DNA from: Alphaproteobacteria bacterium | Lineage (GTDB): Bacteria > Pseudomonadota > Alphaproteobacteria > UBA828 | DNA length: 64,000 nucleotides | Assembly: GCA_965221125.1 (NCBI GenBank) | Contig: CBDCRW010000005.1 | Coordinates: 128,001 to 192,000, forward strand | Reading direction: 5' to 3' | Shown: one piece after another, positions 1-10,374 of the stretch | How the letters are laid out: every line of letters starts with the position of its first letter | How positions within the stretch are numbered: the first letter of the stretch is position 1 | Position numbers and translations under genes: made by a program | The notes under the pieces: model-generated | Told to the model about the DNA's origin: nothing | Database searches by the model: none | What the model saw: the letters and a program-made list of their open reading frames with translations, nothing else

Positions 1-2
1 GC

Positions 3-761
3 GCGGTCCTCTTCCACCGCCATTCGCGCGGCCTGCTGCTGACCGAGCAGGGCGAGGCGCTCTACCGCACCGCCCGCGAGGTCTCGGCCAAGCTCGCGAT
101 GACCGAGGCGCAGATCACCGATTCGCGGGACCGGCCCAGGGGCCCGCTGAAGATCACGACCACGATCGCCTTCGCGTCCGCCTGGCTCACGCCCCGGATC
201 CCCACCTTCAACAGCCTCTACCCCGAGATCAACATCACCCTGCTCACCTCCGACGAGCTGCTCGACCTCTCCATGCGCGAGGCTGACGTGGCGATCCGCA
301 TGATCGAGCCGACCGAGCCCGATCTCGTCCGCCGCCACCTGATGAAGGTCCACTCCCACATCTACGCCTCGCCGGACTACCTGGCCGAGTTCGGCCCGAT
401 CGAGACGGTGGACGACCTCGCCCGCCAGCGCCTCATCATCTATGGCCAGGGGCCGCTCACCCCCATCGCCAGCCCCGACTGGCTGATCGCGATTTCGGGC
501 GATCCGCGGGCCGACGGGCGCATCGTGCTGGAAGCGAACAACATATATTGCATGCGCGAAGCGGTGGAGAGCGGCATGGGAATCGCGGCGCTGCCGGACT
601 ACGCGGTGTGGGGCAGCCAGCGGCTCCAGCGCGTGCTGCCGGACTATCGGGGGCGGCCCTTCGACGCCTTCTTCATCTACGCCGAGGAGCTGCGCTACTC
701 CAAGCGTATCGGGGTGTTCCGCGATTTCCTGCTGGACGAAGTGGCCAAGTGGCGCGCCTAG
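3..761 (+). CDS. LysR-family regulator, LsrB/VtlR-like (5' end outside window)
   Basis: Frame open from nt 3 (AVLFHRHSRGLLLTEQG, the end of the LysR HTH). Substrate-binding domain LDLSMREADVAIR and C-terminal EELRYSKRIGVFRDFL resemble alphaproteobacterial LsrB/VtlR. Confidence 0.85.
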   Translation, partial: AVLFHRHSRGLLLTEQGEALYRTAREVSAKLAMTEAQITDSRDRPRGPLKITTTIAFASAWLTPRIPTFNSLYPEINITLLTSDELLDLSMREADVAIRMIEPTEPDLVRRHLMKVHSHIYASPDYLAEFGPIETVDDLARQRLIIYGQGPLTPIASPDWLIAISGDPRADGRIVLEANNIYCMREAVESGMGIAALPDYAVWGSQRLQRVLPDYRGRPFDAFFIYAEELRYSKRIGVFRDFLLDEVAKWRA

Positions 762-772
762 GGCGCCCCTGT

Positions 773-789
773 CATGCGTCAGGCGCATG
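773..789. promoter_or_regulatory. Candidate LysR operator (T-N11-A box in an inverted repeat)
   Basis: CATGCG-TCAGG-CGCATG dyad just downstream of the LysR stop. Confidence 0.45.
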
Positions 790-939
790 GCTGATTTGCT
801 TCCCGCACCCTAGCGCAAAAGAGTCATTGAACATACATATTGCGCCGCAGCATGACGCTCGCGTCGTGCGACGAGGATTGGCCGGGATGCCCATCTCGGC
901 CCTGCGTCTTCAGGTGCAAGGCCTGAAGGGGGTCCTCGG

Positions 940-1008
940 ATCCCACGTCTCCTAGACGTGAAGCCTCCCTGTTAGACTGGCCGGGTCTTCGGACCCGGCC
1001 TTTCTTTT
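940..1008 (+). ncRNA. Candidate alpha-r8 (suhB/MmgR-like) small RNA; 5' end uncertain
   Basis: Hairpin CACGTCT-CCT-AGACGTG (944-960), single-stranded anti-SD CCTCCCT...AGACT, then an intrinsic terminator. Confidence 0.5.
979..1008 (+). terminator. Rho-independent terminator
   Basis: GGCCGGGTC-TTCG-GACCCGGCC followed by TTTCTTTT. Confidence 0.85.
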
Positions 1009-1018
1009 GTCTGCACGG

Positions 1019-2206
1019 ATGATCGTCATGGACTTCCTCCGCCCCGAAATCGCCGCCCTGGAGCAGAACGGTATCACCCGCGTGGCGCTGACGCGCATCG
1101 GCGACCCCGATGTGATCCCGCTCTGGTTCGGCGAAGGCGACGCCGTGACCGACGAATTCATCCGCGAGGCCGCCAAGGCGGCGCTCGATGCGGGCGATAC
1201 CTTCTACACCCACACGCGCGGCAAGCAGGCGCTGCGGGACGCGCTCAAGCGCTACCTCGACGGCCTCTACGGCATCGACCTCGACCCCGACCGCATCACC
1301 GTGCCGGGCGCCACCATGCTCGGCATCACCATCGCCGCGCAGATGGCGCTGAGCACCGGCGATCACGCGATCATCGTGGGCCCCGTCTGGCCCAACATCG
1401 ATGCCACCTACAGGACGACCGGCGCCGAGGTGACGTATGTGAGCCAGCGCCGGACCGACGCCGGCTGGCAGCTCGACCTCGCCGACGTTCGCGCAGCACT
1501 CCGCCCCCGCACCCGCTCGCTCTTCCTCAACTCGCCCTGCAACCCGACCGGCTGGGTGATGCCCGCGGCGCAGCAGGCGGAGCTGCTGGAGATCTGCCGA
1601 GAGCGGAACATCCTGCTGATCGCGGACGAGGTCTATCACCGCACCGTCTACGCGGGCGACGCAGCGCCCTCCTTCATGACGCTGGCCCGCGACGACGACC
1701 CGGTCATCGTCGTGAGCGGGTTCTCCAAGGCCTGGGCCATGACCGGCTGGCGCATCGGCTGGGTGGTGGCGCCGCGCCGGCACGCCGAGACGTGGGCGGT
1801 GCTCTCCGAGTGCTTCAACACCGGGGCGACGGTCTTCGTGCAGCAGGCCGCGATCACGGCGCTGGAGCAGGGCGAGGAGGCGATCGCCCGGCTGCGCGAT
1901 CAGTACGCGAGGGGGCGGGAGATCGTGGGGCAAGTGCTGGGGCGGTGTGCGCGCATCGAGCTCACGGCGCCCGAGGGCGCGTTCTATGCGTTTCCCCGCG
2001 TGCGCGGGCTCGCGTCGAGCCTCGCGTTCGCGGAAGGTCTGCTGGCGGAGGAGGACGTCGGCATCGCGCCGGGCTACACCTTCGGCCCCGGCAACGAAGA
2101 GTTTTTCAGGCTCTGCTTCGCGCACTCGCACGAAGGGCTCCGCGAGGGTCTCGAGCGGATCGTCCGCTACATCGAGCGCCACGATAACGAGTTCGATCCG
2201 GCCTGA
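1019..2206 (+). CDS. PLP-dependent aminotransferase class I/II
   Basis: Motifs [27 protein letters not shown] (PLP lysine). Start could be 1019 or 1028. Confidence 0.9.
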   Translation: MIVMDFLRPEIAALEQNGITRVALTRIGDPDVIPLWFGEGDAVTDEFIREAAKAALDAGDTFYTHTRGKQALRDALKRYLDGLYGIDLDPDRITVPGATMLGITIAAQMALSTGDHAIIVGPVWPNIDATYRTTGAEVTYVSQRRTDAGWQLDLADVRAALRPRTRSLFLNSPCNPTGWVMPAAQQAELLEICRERNILLIADEVYHRTVYAGDAAPSFMTLARDDDPVIVVSGFSKAWAMTGWRIGWVVAPRRHAETWAVLSECFNTGATVFVQQAAITALEQGEEAIARLRDQYARGREIVGQVLGRCARIELTAPEGAFYAFPRVRGLASSLAFAEGLLAEEDVGIAPGYTFGPGNEEFFRLCFAHSHEGLREGLERIVRYIERHDNEFDPA

Positions 2207-2283
2207 ATCGAGGAAAAGAGAAGGGAATTATATGGGGCTTCGGCCCCTCCGCACATCTTACCTGGTGCCCACCAACGACGTGG

Positions 2284-2739
2284 CTAAGCCGCCTCTCCGA
2301 TCGGCTTGTAGTGCTGCGGATCGCTCCCGTCGATCCGGATTGCCACTCCCGGAGCGCTGCTGTCTGCACTCAGGGCCATCATGTCTTCGATGGTCATATC
2401 GGATTCGATATCCAGCTTCTCCGCCGCCAGCAGCCTGACGATCAGCCTGACCTTGGGGTCAATCGTCTGGTCGCCGCGTTCCCATCGGGTGACGGTGACG
2501 CGGGTGTAGCCGAGCTTCTTCGCCAGTTCCCCCTGGGTCAGGCCCATCTCGCTGCGCAGGAAGCGCAACTCGGCCCCGGTCAGGTCGTGACCGTTGATGA
2601 GGGTGTGGGCGATCATCTTGTGAAGGCCCAGGATGTTCTCGATGCAATATACCTCGTCGCCGTGATCGTCCCTCTGAACGTCCACACCTTCGAGGTACAC
2701 GTTGTCCAGTCCGCATTCGGTGTATCGGTAACCCTTCAT
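2284..2739 (-). CDS. XRE-HTH antitoxin (MqsA/YgiT-like)
   Basis: N-terminal YTECGLDNVYL and HTH ELRFLRSEMGLTQGELAKKLGYTRVTVTRWERG; lies downstream of a DUF4258-like gene. Confidence 0.75.
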   Translation of the reverse strand: MKGYRYTECGLDNVYLEGVDVQRDDHGDEVYCIENILGLHKMIAHTLINGHDLTGAELRFLRSEMGLTQGELAKKLGYTRVTVTRWERGDQTIDPKVRLIVRLLAAEKLDIESDMTIEDMMALSADSSAPGVAIRIDGSDPQHYKPIGEAA

Positions 2740-2770
2740 TCCGTTTTTGTCCTTTCCGGGTCAGGTCCTC

Positions 2771-3139
2771 TTATTTCCTGTCCACCCACATGATTGTGAC
2801 CACTTTTATGGTGGCGCTGGTCGGGCTAGGGATGATTACCAGCCTGACGGGGCGTCCATTCGAGTTGGGCGTCGTACACTCCATCTGGTACTTGAACAAA
2901 CCTTGTTGCGTGGCCGGTTCGGCCGTCTCGTACACAGTCCCCTGACGTAGAACGTGGAGAACGTCGCTGACCAGCAAACCCCTCTCTTGCAGGCGGTCCT
3001 TCGCGTGCCTCGTGAGCATGAGCTGAAGGGCCGGTGTCACCTTGGCTCTGATCCGACGGGTCGCGTCTGCCGGACGCCACGGTCTTGCTGGACGTGGCGC
3101 GATGTCTCCCTTCTCCTCACTCGTCATGCGCGACGACAT
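2771..3139 (-). CDS. DUF4258-like toxin (putative RelE-like RNase)
   Basis: TRHAKDRLQERG...DVLHVL..G and C-terminal KVVTIMW pattern; two-gene pair with the XRE gene. Confidence 0.7.
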   Translation of the reverse strand: MSSRMTSEEKGDIAPRPARPWRPADATRRIRAKVTPALQLMLTRHAKDRLQERGLLVSDVLHVLRQGTVYETAEPATQQGLFKYQMECTTPNSNGRPVRLVIIPSPTSATIKVVTIMWVDRK

Positions 3140-3156
3140 GTATCACAGCTATACAT
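3138..3156. promoter_or_regulatory. Candidate TA autoregulatory operator
   Basis: ATGTAT-N7-ATACAT inverted repeat overlapping the toxin start. Confidence 0.45.
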
Positions 3157-3288
3157 TCCACACGAGGAATTCCATGCCCGTTTAATCCTCCTGCTGACGC
3201 AGCCTCACGATCCAGCGGTAGCCGGCAAGTCATGGCGCGACAAGGTGTGGCGGGAATTGGTCCTCGTATCGTCGTGGATATGATTCCC

Positions 3289-3326
3289 AAAAGAAGAAGG
3301 CCGCCCCGAGCAATGCCTGGGCGGCC
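3289..3326 (-). terminator. Intrinsic terminator after msrP
   Basis: GGCCGCCC stem (3299-3306 / 3319-3326) followed on the minus strand by TTCTTCTTTT. Confidence 0.65.
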
Positions 3327-3351
3327 CTCAAGACGTCGCGTGGCCGCGGCG

Positions 3352-4344
3352 CTACATGTAGAGCGGCTCGGCCTTCAAATCGTCGTAGAGCGAGGCCACC
3401 TGCTCGCCGTAGCCGTTGTAGAGCTGGGTGGGCAGGCGCTCCTGCCCGTCGGGGCCGTAGAAGCGCTCGTGCGCCTGGCTCCAGCGCGGGTGCGGGACGT
3501 CCGGGTTGACGTTGGCCCAGAAGCCGTACTCGTTGCCCGCCAGCTCCTCCCAGAAGGAGGTCGGCCGCTCGTCCGTGAAGCTGAAGCGGACGATGCCCTT
3601 GATGTGCTTGAAGCCGTACTTCCACGGCACGGCGAGGCGGAGCGGCGCACCGTTCTGCTTCGGGATCGGCTTGCCGTAGTAGCCGGTGGCGATGAAGGAG
3701 AGCTCGTTGGTGGCCTCGGCCATGGTGAGGCCCTCGATGTAGGGCCAGGGATACCAGAACTGCTTCTGGCCCTCGGCCACGTCGTCGTCCTCGAAGGTCT
3801 GCATCACCAGGTACTTGGCATCGCCGAGCGGCCGCGCGAAGTCGATCAGCGCCTTCAAGGGGAAGCCGCTGTAGGGCACGGCGATGGACCACGCCTCGAC
3901 GCAGCGGTGGCGGTAGAGGCGTTCCTCCAGCGGCATCTGCGCCAGCAGGTCGTCGATGGCGACCGTCATCGGCTCTTCCACCAGCCCGTCGAACTCGACC
4001 GTCCAGGGCCGGATCTTCAGCGCCTGCGCCTTCTGCCAGATCTCCTTGAAGGAGCCGAACTCGTAGTAGTTGTTGTAGGTGGTCGCAAAATCCTCCGGCG
4101 TGAGCGCCCGGTCGAGGGTGTAGGCCGGGTTCTGCTCCACCGGGTAGAGGTGGGCCGAGGGGTCCTCCTGCTCCTCATCCGCGAGCGCCGCGCCGATTCC
4201 GCCCGCGAAGGGCAGCGCCGCGCCCGCCGCGAGCAGCGGGCCCGAGGCGAGCCCCTTGAGCAGCGTGCGCCGGTTCATGAACACCGATTCGGGAGTTGCG
4301 GCGGAGTCCGGCAGCTCCCAGCCGCGCTTGATCTTGATGAGCAT
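3352..4344 (-). CDS. msrP: Protein-methionine-sulfoxide reductase catalytic subunit MsrP (YedY)
   Basis: Tat-like NRRTLLK, YNNYYEFG, RHRCVEAWS (Mo-ligand Cys), NGAPLRL, WKYGFK, EYGFWANVNP. Confidence 0.93.
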   Translation of the reverse strand: MLIKIKRGWELPDSAATPESVFMNRRTLLKGLASGPLLAAGAALPFAGGIGAALADEEQEDPSAHLYPVEQNPAYTLDRALTPEDFATTYNNYYEFGSFKEIWQKAQALKIRPWTVEFDGLVEEPMTVAIDDLLAQMPLEERLYRHRCVEAWSIAVPYSGFPLKALIDFARPLGDAKYLVMQTFEDDDVAEGQKQFWYPWPYIEGLTMAEATNELSFIATGYYGKPIPKQNGAPLRLAVPWKYGFKHIKGIVRFSFTDERPTSFWEELAGNEYGFWANVNPDVPHPRWSQAHERFYGPDGQERLPTQLYNGYGEQVASLYDDLKAEPLYM

Positions 4345-4473
4345 CGAAGGCCCTCCGCTCCTGCCTGTTGCATCATGCCCGGCGCGCGTGCGCGCGGGCT
4401 CCTGCTATGACAGATGACACCGGCGGGCGCTCACGGCAACTCAACGCTGCGTGAGCGGCCCGTCAGGCTGCTG

Positions 4474-5727
<1,254 letters not shown>

Positions 5728-5816
5728 CTACAAGCGCTTGCGCGTCCCCGAGAGGTCGCGAGAAGGCGCAGCGTGCTAAGCTCCCCCAAACCGGACCGAG
5801 GAGCGCGTATCGCCTC

Positions 5817-7667
5817 ATGAACGACGCATCGCCCGCCGCATCATCGGACGCACAGGCCGCCAGCGAGGAGCGGCTCAGCGCCCTCAATCTCGCGGTCATG
5901 GCCAACCGCATGGACGCGATCTGCCGCGAGATGACCAACACCGTGCTGCACAGCGCACGCTCGGCCGTCATCGGCATCGCGCGGGATTTTTCCTGCGCCA
6001 TCATCACCTCAGACCACGAGGTGCTGGCGACTGCGGAAGCCATGCCGATCCACGTCTTCGGCATGAACATCCAGACCACCATCATGAGCGAGAGGCACCC
6101 CGACTTCCGCGAGGGCGACGCCTATCTCGACAACGACCCCTACGGCGGCAACAGCCACGCGGCCGACCACACGATCCTGGTGCCGGTGTTCCACGAGGGC
6201 GAGCACTTCTTCACCGTGGGCGTCAAGGCCCACCAGGCGGACGTGGGCAACAGCCAGCCCACCACCTACTTCGCCGCTGCAAGGGACGTCTATCACGAGG
6301 GCGCGTTGATCTTCCCCTGCGTCCAGGTGCAGCGGGACTACCGCGACATCGACGACATCGTGCGCATGTGCCGCCGCCGCATCCGCGTGCCGGACCAGTG
6401 GTTCGGCGACTACCTCGCCGCCATCGGGGCTGCGCGCATCGGCGAGCGCCGGCTCAAGGCGTTCATCGAGAAGTACGGCGCGAAGGCGGTGCGGGACTTC
6501 ATCCACGAGTGGCTCGCCTATTCCGAGCGGCGCGCGCGGGAATCGATCCGGGACCTGCCCAGCGGGCGGCTCGAGAACGAAGGCTGCCACGACCCGATCC
6601 AGCCCTTCCTGCCCGACGGCATCCCGATCAAGGTGAGCATCGACATCGATGCCGACGACGGCTTCATCACGGTCGACCTGCGGGACAACCCCGACTGCGT
6701 CGACGCCGGCATGAATCTCACCCGCGTCACCTCCACCATGGCGGCGGCCCAGGCGGTCTTCGCCTGCCTCGACCCGGACATCCCGCATAACGCAGGCAGC
6801 TTCCGCCGCCTCGACGTGCTGCTGCGCGAGAACTGCGTGGTCGGCATTCCGCGCTTTCCGCACAGCTGCTCGGTCGCCACCACCAACATGACCGACATGA
6901 TCATCAACCTGATCCAGTCGGCGTTTGCGACGCTCGGCGACGGCTACGGCTTCAGCCAGGGCAACTTCTGCAATGGCGCCGGCACCGGCGTCTGCTCGGG
7001 CAAGGACTGGCGCAGGGACGGCGCACCCTACGTCAACCAGATGTTCATGTCGGCGGGCGGCATGCCGGCCTCGGCGCGGAACGACGGCATGCACGGCTTG
7101 GTCAACCCGGTGAGCGTCGGCCTCGTCTACCGCGACAGTATCGAGGTGAACGAGCAGCGCTTCCCCTTCCAGGTGGACAGCGTCCGCGCGCTGGTGGATT
7201 CGTGCGGCGCAGGGCGGAGGCGCGGCGGGCCGGCCTCGGAGGTGATCTTCGGCCCGCGCCACGACCCGATGCTGGTCATCAACATCTGCAACGGGCTCAC
7301 CATCCTGCCGCAGGGCGTGCTGGGCGGCCTGCCGTCCCACGCGGGCTACCAGGCCAGGATCGCGGCCGACGGCACGCGCGAGGTCTACGAGACCGACGCC
7401 TACTGCCACCTCGAGCCGGGCTCGAAGCTCCACGCCATCGACAACGGCGGGGGCGGCTACGGCGACCCGCTGGAGCGCGAGCCCGAGCGCGTGCTCGACG
7501 ACGTGAACGAGCGCTACGTCTCGCGCGCCAAGGCGGAGGCGCTCTACGGCGTGGTTATCGTGGGCTCGGCGGAGGACGACGACCTTGCCGTCGATGTGGC
7601 CGCCACCGAGGCGCTGCGGCGCGAGCGGCTCGGCGACGACCAACGGGAAGAGATCGCCGCGTCCTAG
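5817..7667 (+). CDS. Hydantoinase B/oxoprolinase family protein
   Basis: RDFSCAI, NDPYGGNSH, AHQADVG, GGGGYGDPLER. Confidence 0.88.
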   Translation: MNDASPAASSDAQAASEERLSALNLAVMANRMDAICREMTNTVLHSARSAVIGIARDFSCAIITSDHEVLATAEAMPIHVFGMNIQTTIMSERHPDFREGDAYLDNDPYGGNSHAADHTILVPVFHEGEHFFTVGVKAHQADVGNSQPTTYFAAARDVYHEGALIFPCVQVQRDYRDIDDIVRMCRRRIRVPDQWFGDYLAAIGAARIGERRLKAFIEKYGAKAVRDFIHEWLAYSERRARESIRDLPSGRLENEGCHDPIQPFLPDGIPIKVSIDIDADDGFITVDLRDNPDCVDAGMNLTRVTSTMAAAQAVFACLDPDIPHNAGSFRRLDVLLRENCVVGIPRFPHSCSVATTNMTDMIINLIQSAFATLGDGYGFSQGNFCNGAGTGVCSGKDWRRDGAPYVNQMFMSAGGMPASARNDGMHGLVNPVSVGLVYRDSIEVNEQRFPFQVDSVRALVDSCGAGRRRGGPASEVIFGPRHDPMLVINICNGLTILPQGVLGGLPSHAGYQARIAADGTREVYETDAYCHLEPGSKLHAIDNGGGGYGDPLEREPERVLDDVNERYVSRAKAEALYGVVIVGSAEDDDLAVDVAATEALRRERLGDDQREEIAAS

Positions 7668-8890
7668 GCTGCCAGCATCTGCCGGCGGCGGGCGAGGTAG
7701 ACCACGATCGCGGCGTTCAGCACGTTGAAGGCGATCGCGTTGATGAAGGACGCGGTGTAGGACCCCGTGAGGTCGTAGAGCGCGCCGGCCATCCAGCCGC
7801 CGAGCGCCATGCCGGCGAAGGTGAACAGCATCGCCCAGCCCACGCGCCGGCCCGCCTCGTGCGCGGGGAAGAAGGTCCTGATGATGATGGTGTACGACGG
7901 CACGATCCCGCCCTGCGAGAGGCCGAAGACGGCCGAGACCACATAGAGCAGGGTGAGCGTGTCGGCGCCGAGGAAGGCGACGATGGCGAGCGCCTGGAGC
8001 ACCGAGCCGAGCAGCAGCGTGCGCAGGCCGCCGATGCGGTCCGAGATGAAGCCGGAGCCGATGCGGCTCACGATGCCGGTGCCGAGCATCAGCGACAGCA
8101 TCTCGGCGCCGCGCTGCGCGGCGTAGCCGAGATCCGAGATGTGGGCGACGATGTGCACCTGCGGCATCGCCATCGCCACGCAACAGCCGAGCCCGGCCAC
8201 GCAGATCAGGCACTGCAGCGTGCCGGGCGCGATGCCGAGCGGCCTGCTCGCGCCGGTCCACGCGTGCGCCGTCTGCGCCGCGAGAAGCGCGGCCGGCTTG
8301 CGGTAGAGCACGGCGGCGAGCGGCAGCATCGTGGCCGCCATGACGATGGCGATGATGACGTAGGTCTCACGCCAGCCCCGCGCATCGATGGAGGACTGGA
8401 CGATGGGCGGCCAGAGCGCGCCGGCGAAGTAGGTGCCGGTCACCACGATGGCAACGGCGAGCCCGCGCCTGCGCGTAAACCAGAGCGAGATGTCGGCGGC
8501 GATCGGCGCGAAGACGGCAGAGGTGCCGAGCAGGCCGGAAAGAATGCCGAGGGCCGCGCAGAACTGCCAGAATTCTTGGGTGAAGGCGGCGCTCGCCATG
8601 CCGCCGGGCAGTCCCACGCAGCCGATCAGCACCGGCACGAGCACGCCGAAGCGGTCCGCGAGCCGGCCCATGACCACGCCGCCGACGCCGCCGGTGAGCA
8701 TCAGCATCATGTAGGGGACGGAGGCGAGGCCCCGGCTCACCCCGAACTCGAAGGAGGCCGGCTTCAGCGCCACGATCACCGCGTACATGGCGGCGCCGCC
8801 CACGGTCACAAGCAGCAGCGACGCGATCAGGCGCACCACCGGGTAGATCGAGGGCGCGCCGCCCGGCATCGTGTGGTCGGTCTCGCTCAT
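7664..8890 (-). CDS. MFS transporter
   Basis: About 12 hydrophobic segments; GRLADRFG and GFISDRIGG motif A repeats. Confidence 0.88.
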   Translation of the reverse strand: MSETDHTMPGGAPSIYPVVRLIASLLLVTVGGAAMYAVIVALKPASFEFGVSRGLASVPYMMLMLTGGVGGVVMGRLADRFGVLVPVLIGCVGLPGGMASAAFTQEFWQFCAALGILSGLLGTSAVFAPIAADISLWFTRRRGLAVAIVVTGTYFAGALWPPIVQSSIDARGWRETYVIIAIVMAATMLPLAAVLYRKPAALLAAQTAHAWTGASRPLGIAPGTLQCLICVAGLGCCVAMAMPQVHIVAHISDLGYAAQRGAEMLSLMLGTGIVSRIGSGFISDRIGGLRTLLLGSVLQALAIVAFLGADTLTLLYVVSAVFGLSQGGIVPSYTIIIRTFFPAHEAGRRVGWAMLFTFAGMALGGWMAGALYDLTGSYTASFINAIAFNVLNAAIVVYLARRRQMLAA

Positions 8891-9023
8891 GTATCTTCCG
8901 CGCATGCGTCGGCCACGCGCCGGGCGGCGGAGGCAGGAATGGCGGCGCACGCTAGCACGCGGCCCTCGCCCGGGCGAGGCGGCGGGAGCCGGATGGCGGC
9001 GATCACGGGGGAGGCGCGGGACG

Positions 9024-10211
9024 GTGTTTCTGAAGGCGTTGCAGGCCCGGAACCGGGCGTTCCTCGAAGCCGCGGTCGCGCTTCACCGGGCCGGCCGGGT
9101 GCCCGCCGGCGCCTACCTGCTCGATCTCGACACGATGACCGAGAACGCGCGGGCGATGAGCGCCGAGGCGGCCCGGCTCGGCCTCGACGTGCTGGCGATG
9201 ACCAAGCAGATCGGCCGCAACCCGCCGGCGCTCGATGCGCTCCGTGCGGGCGGGATCGAGCGCTTCGTCGCCGTCGACATGGCCTGCGCCCGGCCGATCC
9301 ACGCCAGCGGCCACCGCGTGGCGCACATCGGCCACCTCACACAGATCCCGCGCCACGAGGCAGAAGAGGCCGCAGCCATGCGCGCCGACTACTGGACCGT
9401 CTTCAACGAGGAGAAGGCCAGAGAGGCCGCAGCGGCGGCAGAAGCGCAGGGCCACGAGCAGGCGCTGATCGCGCGCATCCAGGCGCCTGGCGATACCTTC
9501 TATTCCGGGCACGAAGGGGGCTTCGACGCGGGCGCGGTCGAGGCCGTGGCGGATACGCTCGATGCCGCGCCGGGCGGGCGCTTCGCCGGGCTCACCACCT
9601 TCCCCGCCCTGCTTTTCGACGAAGGCACGGGCGAGGCGCGGCCCACGCCCAATCTCACGACCCTGAGCGAGGCCGCGTCACGGCTCGGGAGGCAAGGCCG
9701 CAGCGGCCTCGTCATCAACGCGCCGGGCACCACGTCGGCGCGCGTGATGGCGGCGCTGGCGGACGGCGGCGCGACGCAAGTGGAGCCCGGCCACGGGCTC
9801 ACCGGCACGACGCCCCTCCACGCCCGCAGCGCGCTGCCGGAGCGGCCTGCCATGCTCTATCTCACCGAGATCTCGCACTTTCACCAGGGCCGCGCCTACT
9901 GCTTCGGCGGCGGGCTCTACATCGACCCCGTGTTCGCGCCCTACCCGCTCAAGGCGCTGGTGGGCTCGGACCCGGAGGCCGCGCTCGCCCAGGAGGTCGC
10001 CGCCGCCACCCCGGACCCCAAGATGATCGACTACTACGGCCAGCTTCTGCCGGAGCCCGGCCAGCGCGTCGCAGTGGGCGATACGGTGATCTTCGGCTTC
10101 CGCGCGCAGGCCTTCTTCACCCGCGCCCTCGTCGTGCCGGTCGCCGACATCGGCCGGGGCCAGCCCGAGCCGAAGGGCGCCTGGACCGGCGACGGCCGCC
10201 CCGCCGCTTAG
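9024..10211 (+). CDS. YhfX-family PLP-dependent (alanine racemase fold) enzyme
   Basis: MTKQIGRNP, HIGHLTQIP, EPGHGLTGTTP, GGGLY, FRAQAFFTR. GTG start inferred. Confidence 0.8.
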   Translation: MFLKALQARNRAFLEAAVALHRAGRVPAGAYLLDLDTMTENARAMSAEAARLGLDVLAMTKQIGRNPPALDALRAGGIERFVAVDMACARPIHASGHRVAHIGHLTQIPRHEAEEAAAMRADYWTVFNEEKAREAAAAAEAQGHEQALIARIQAPGDTFYSGHEGGFDAGAVEAVADTLDAAPGGRFAGLTTFPALLFDEGTGEARPTPNLTTLSEAASRLGRQGRSGLVINAPGTTSARVMAALADGGATQVEPGHGLTGTTPLHARSALPERPAMLYLTEISHFHQGRAYCFGGGLYIDPVFAPYPLKALVGSDPEAALAQEVAAATPDPKMIDYYGQLLPEPGQRVAVGDTVIFGFRAQAFFTRALVVPVADIGRGQPEPKGAWTGDGRPAA

Positions 10212-10354
10212 AGCGTTTCCGTCTGAGACGGAAACGCTCTAGCAATTTATCGCTCACGGCAGCCGGCCTTTGGCCGGCGCCTCCGCGAGGGCGCCGCATT
10301 CGCGGCGGGCCGCTGTCGCGGCCTCTCGCGCGTCCGTCAAAGACGGACGCGCTC
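10209..10354 (+). repeat. Repeat family A copy 1 (multi-hairpin intergenic element)
   Basis: TAGAGCGTTTCCGTC-TGA-GACGGAAACGCTCTA hairpin plus the core TCGCTCACGGCAG...CCTCCGCGAGGGCGCCGCAT...GTCGCGGCCT shared with four other loci. Confidence 0.92.
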
Positions 10355-10374
10355 GGGCCTTCCCCTGAGGCCTG

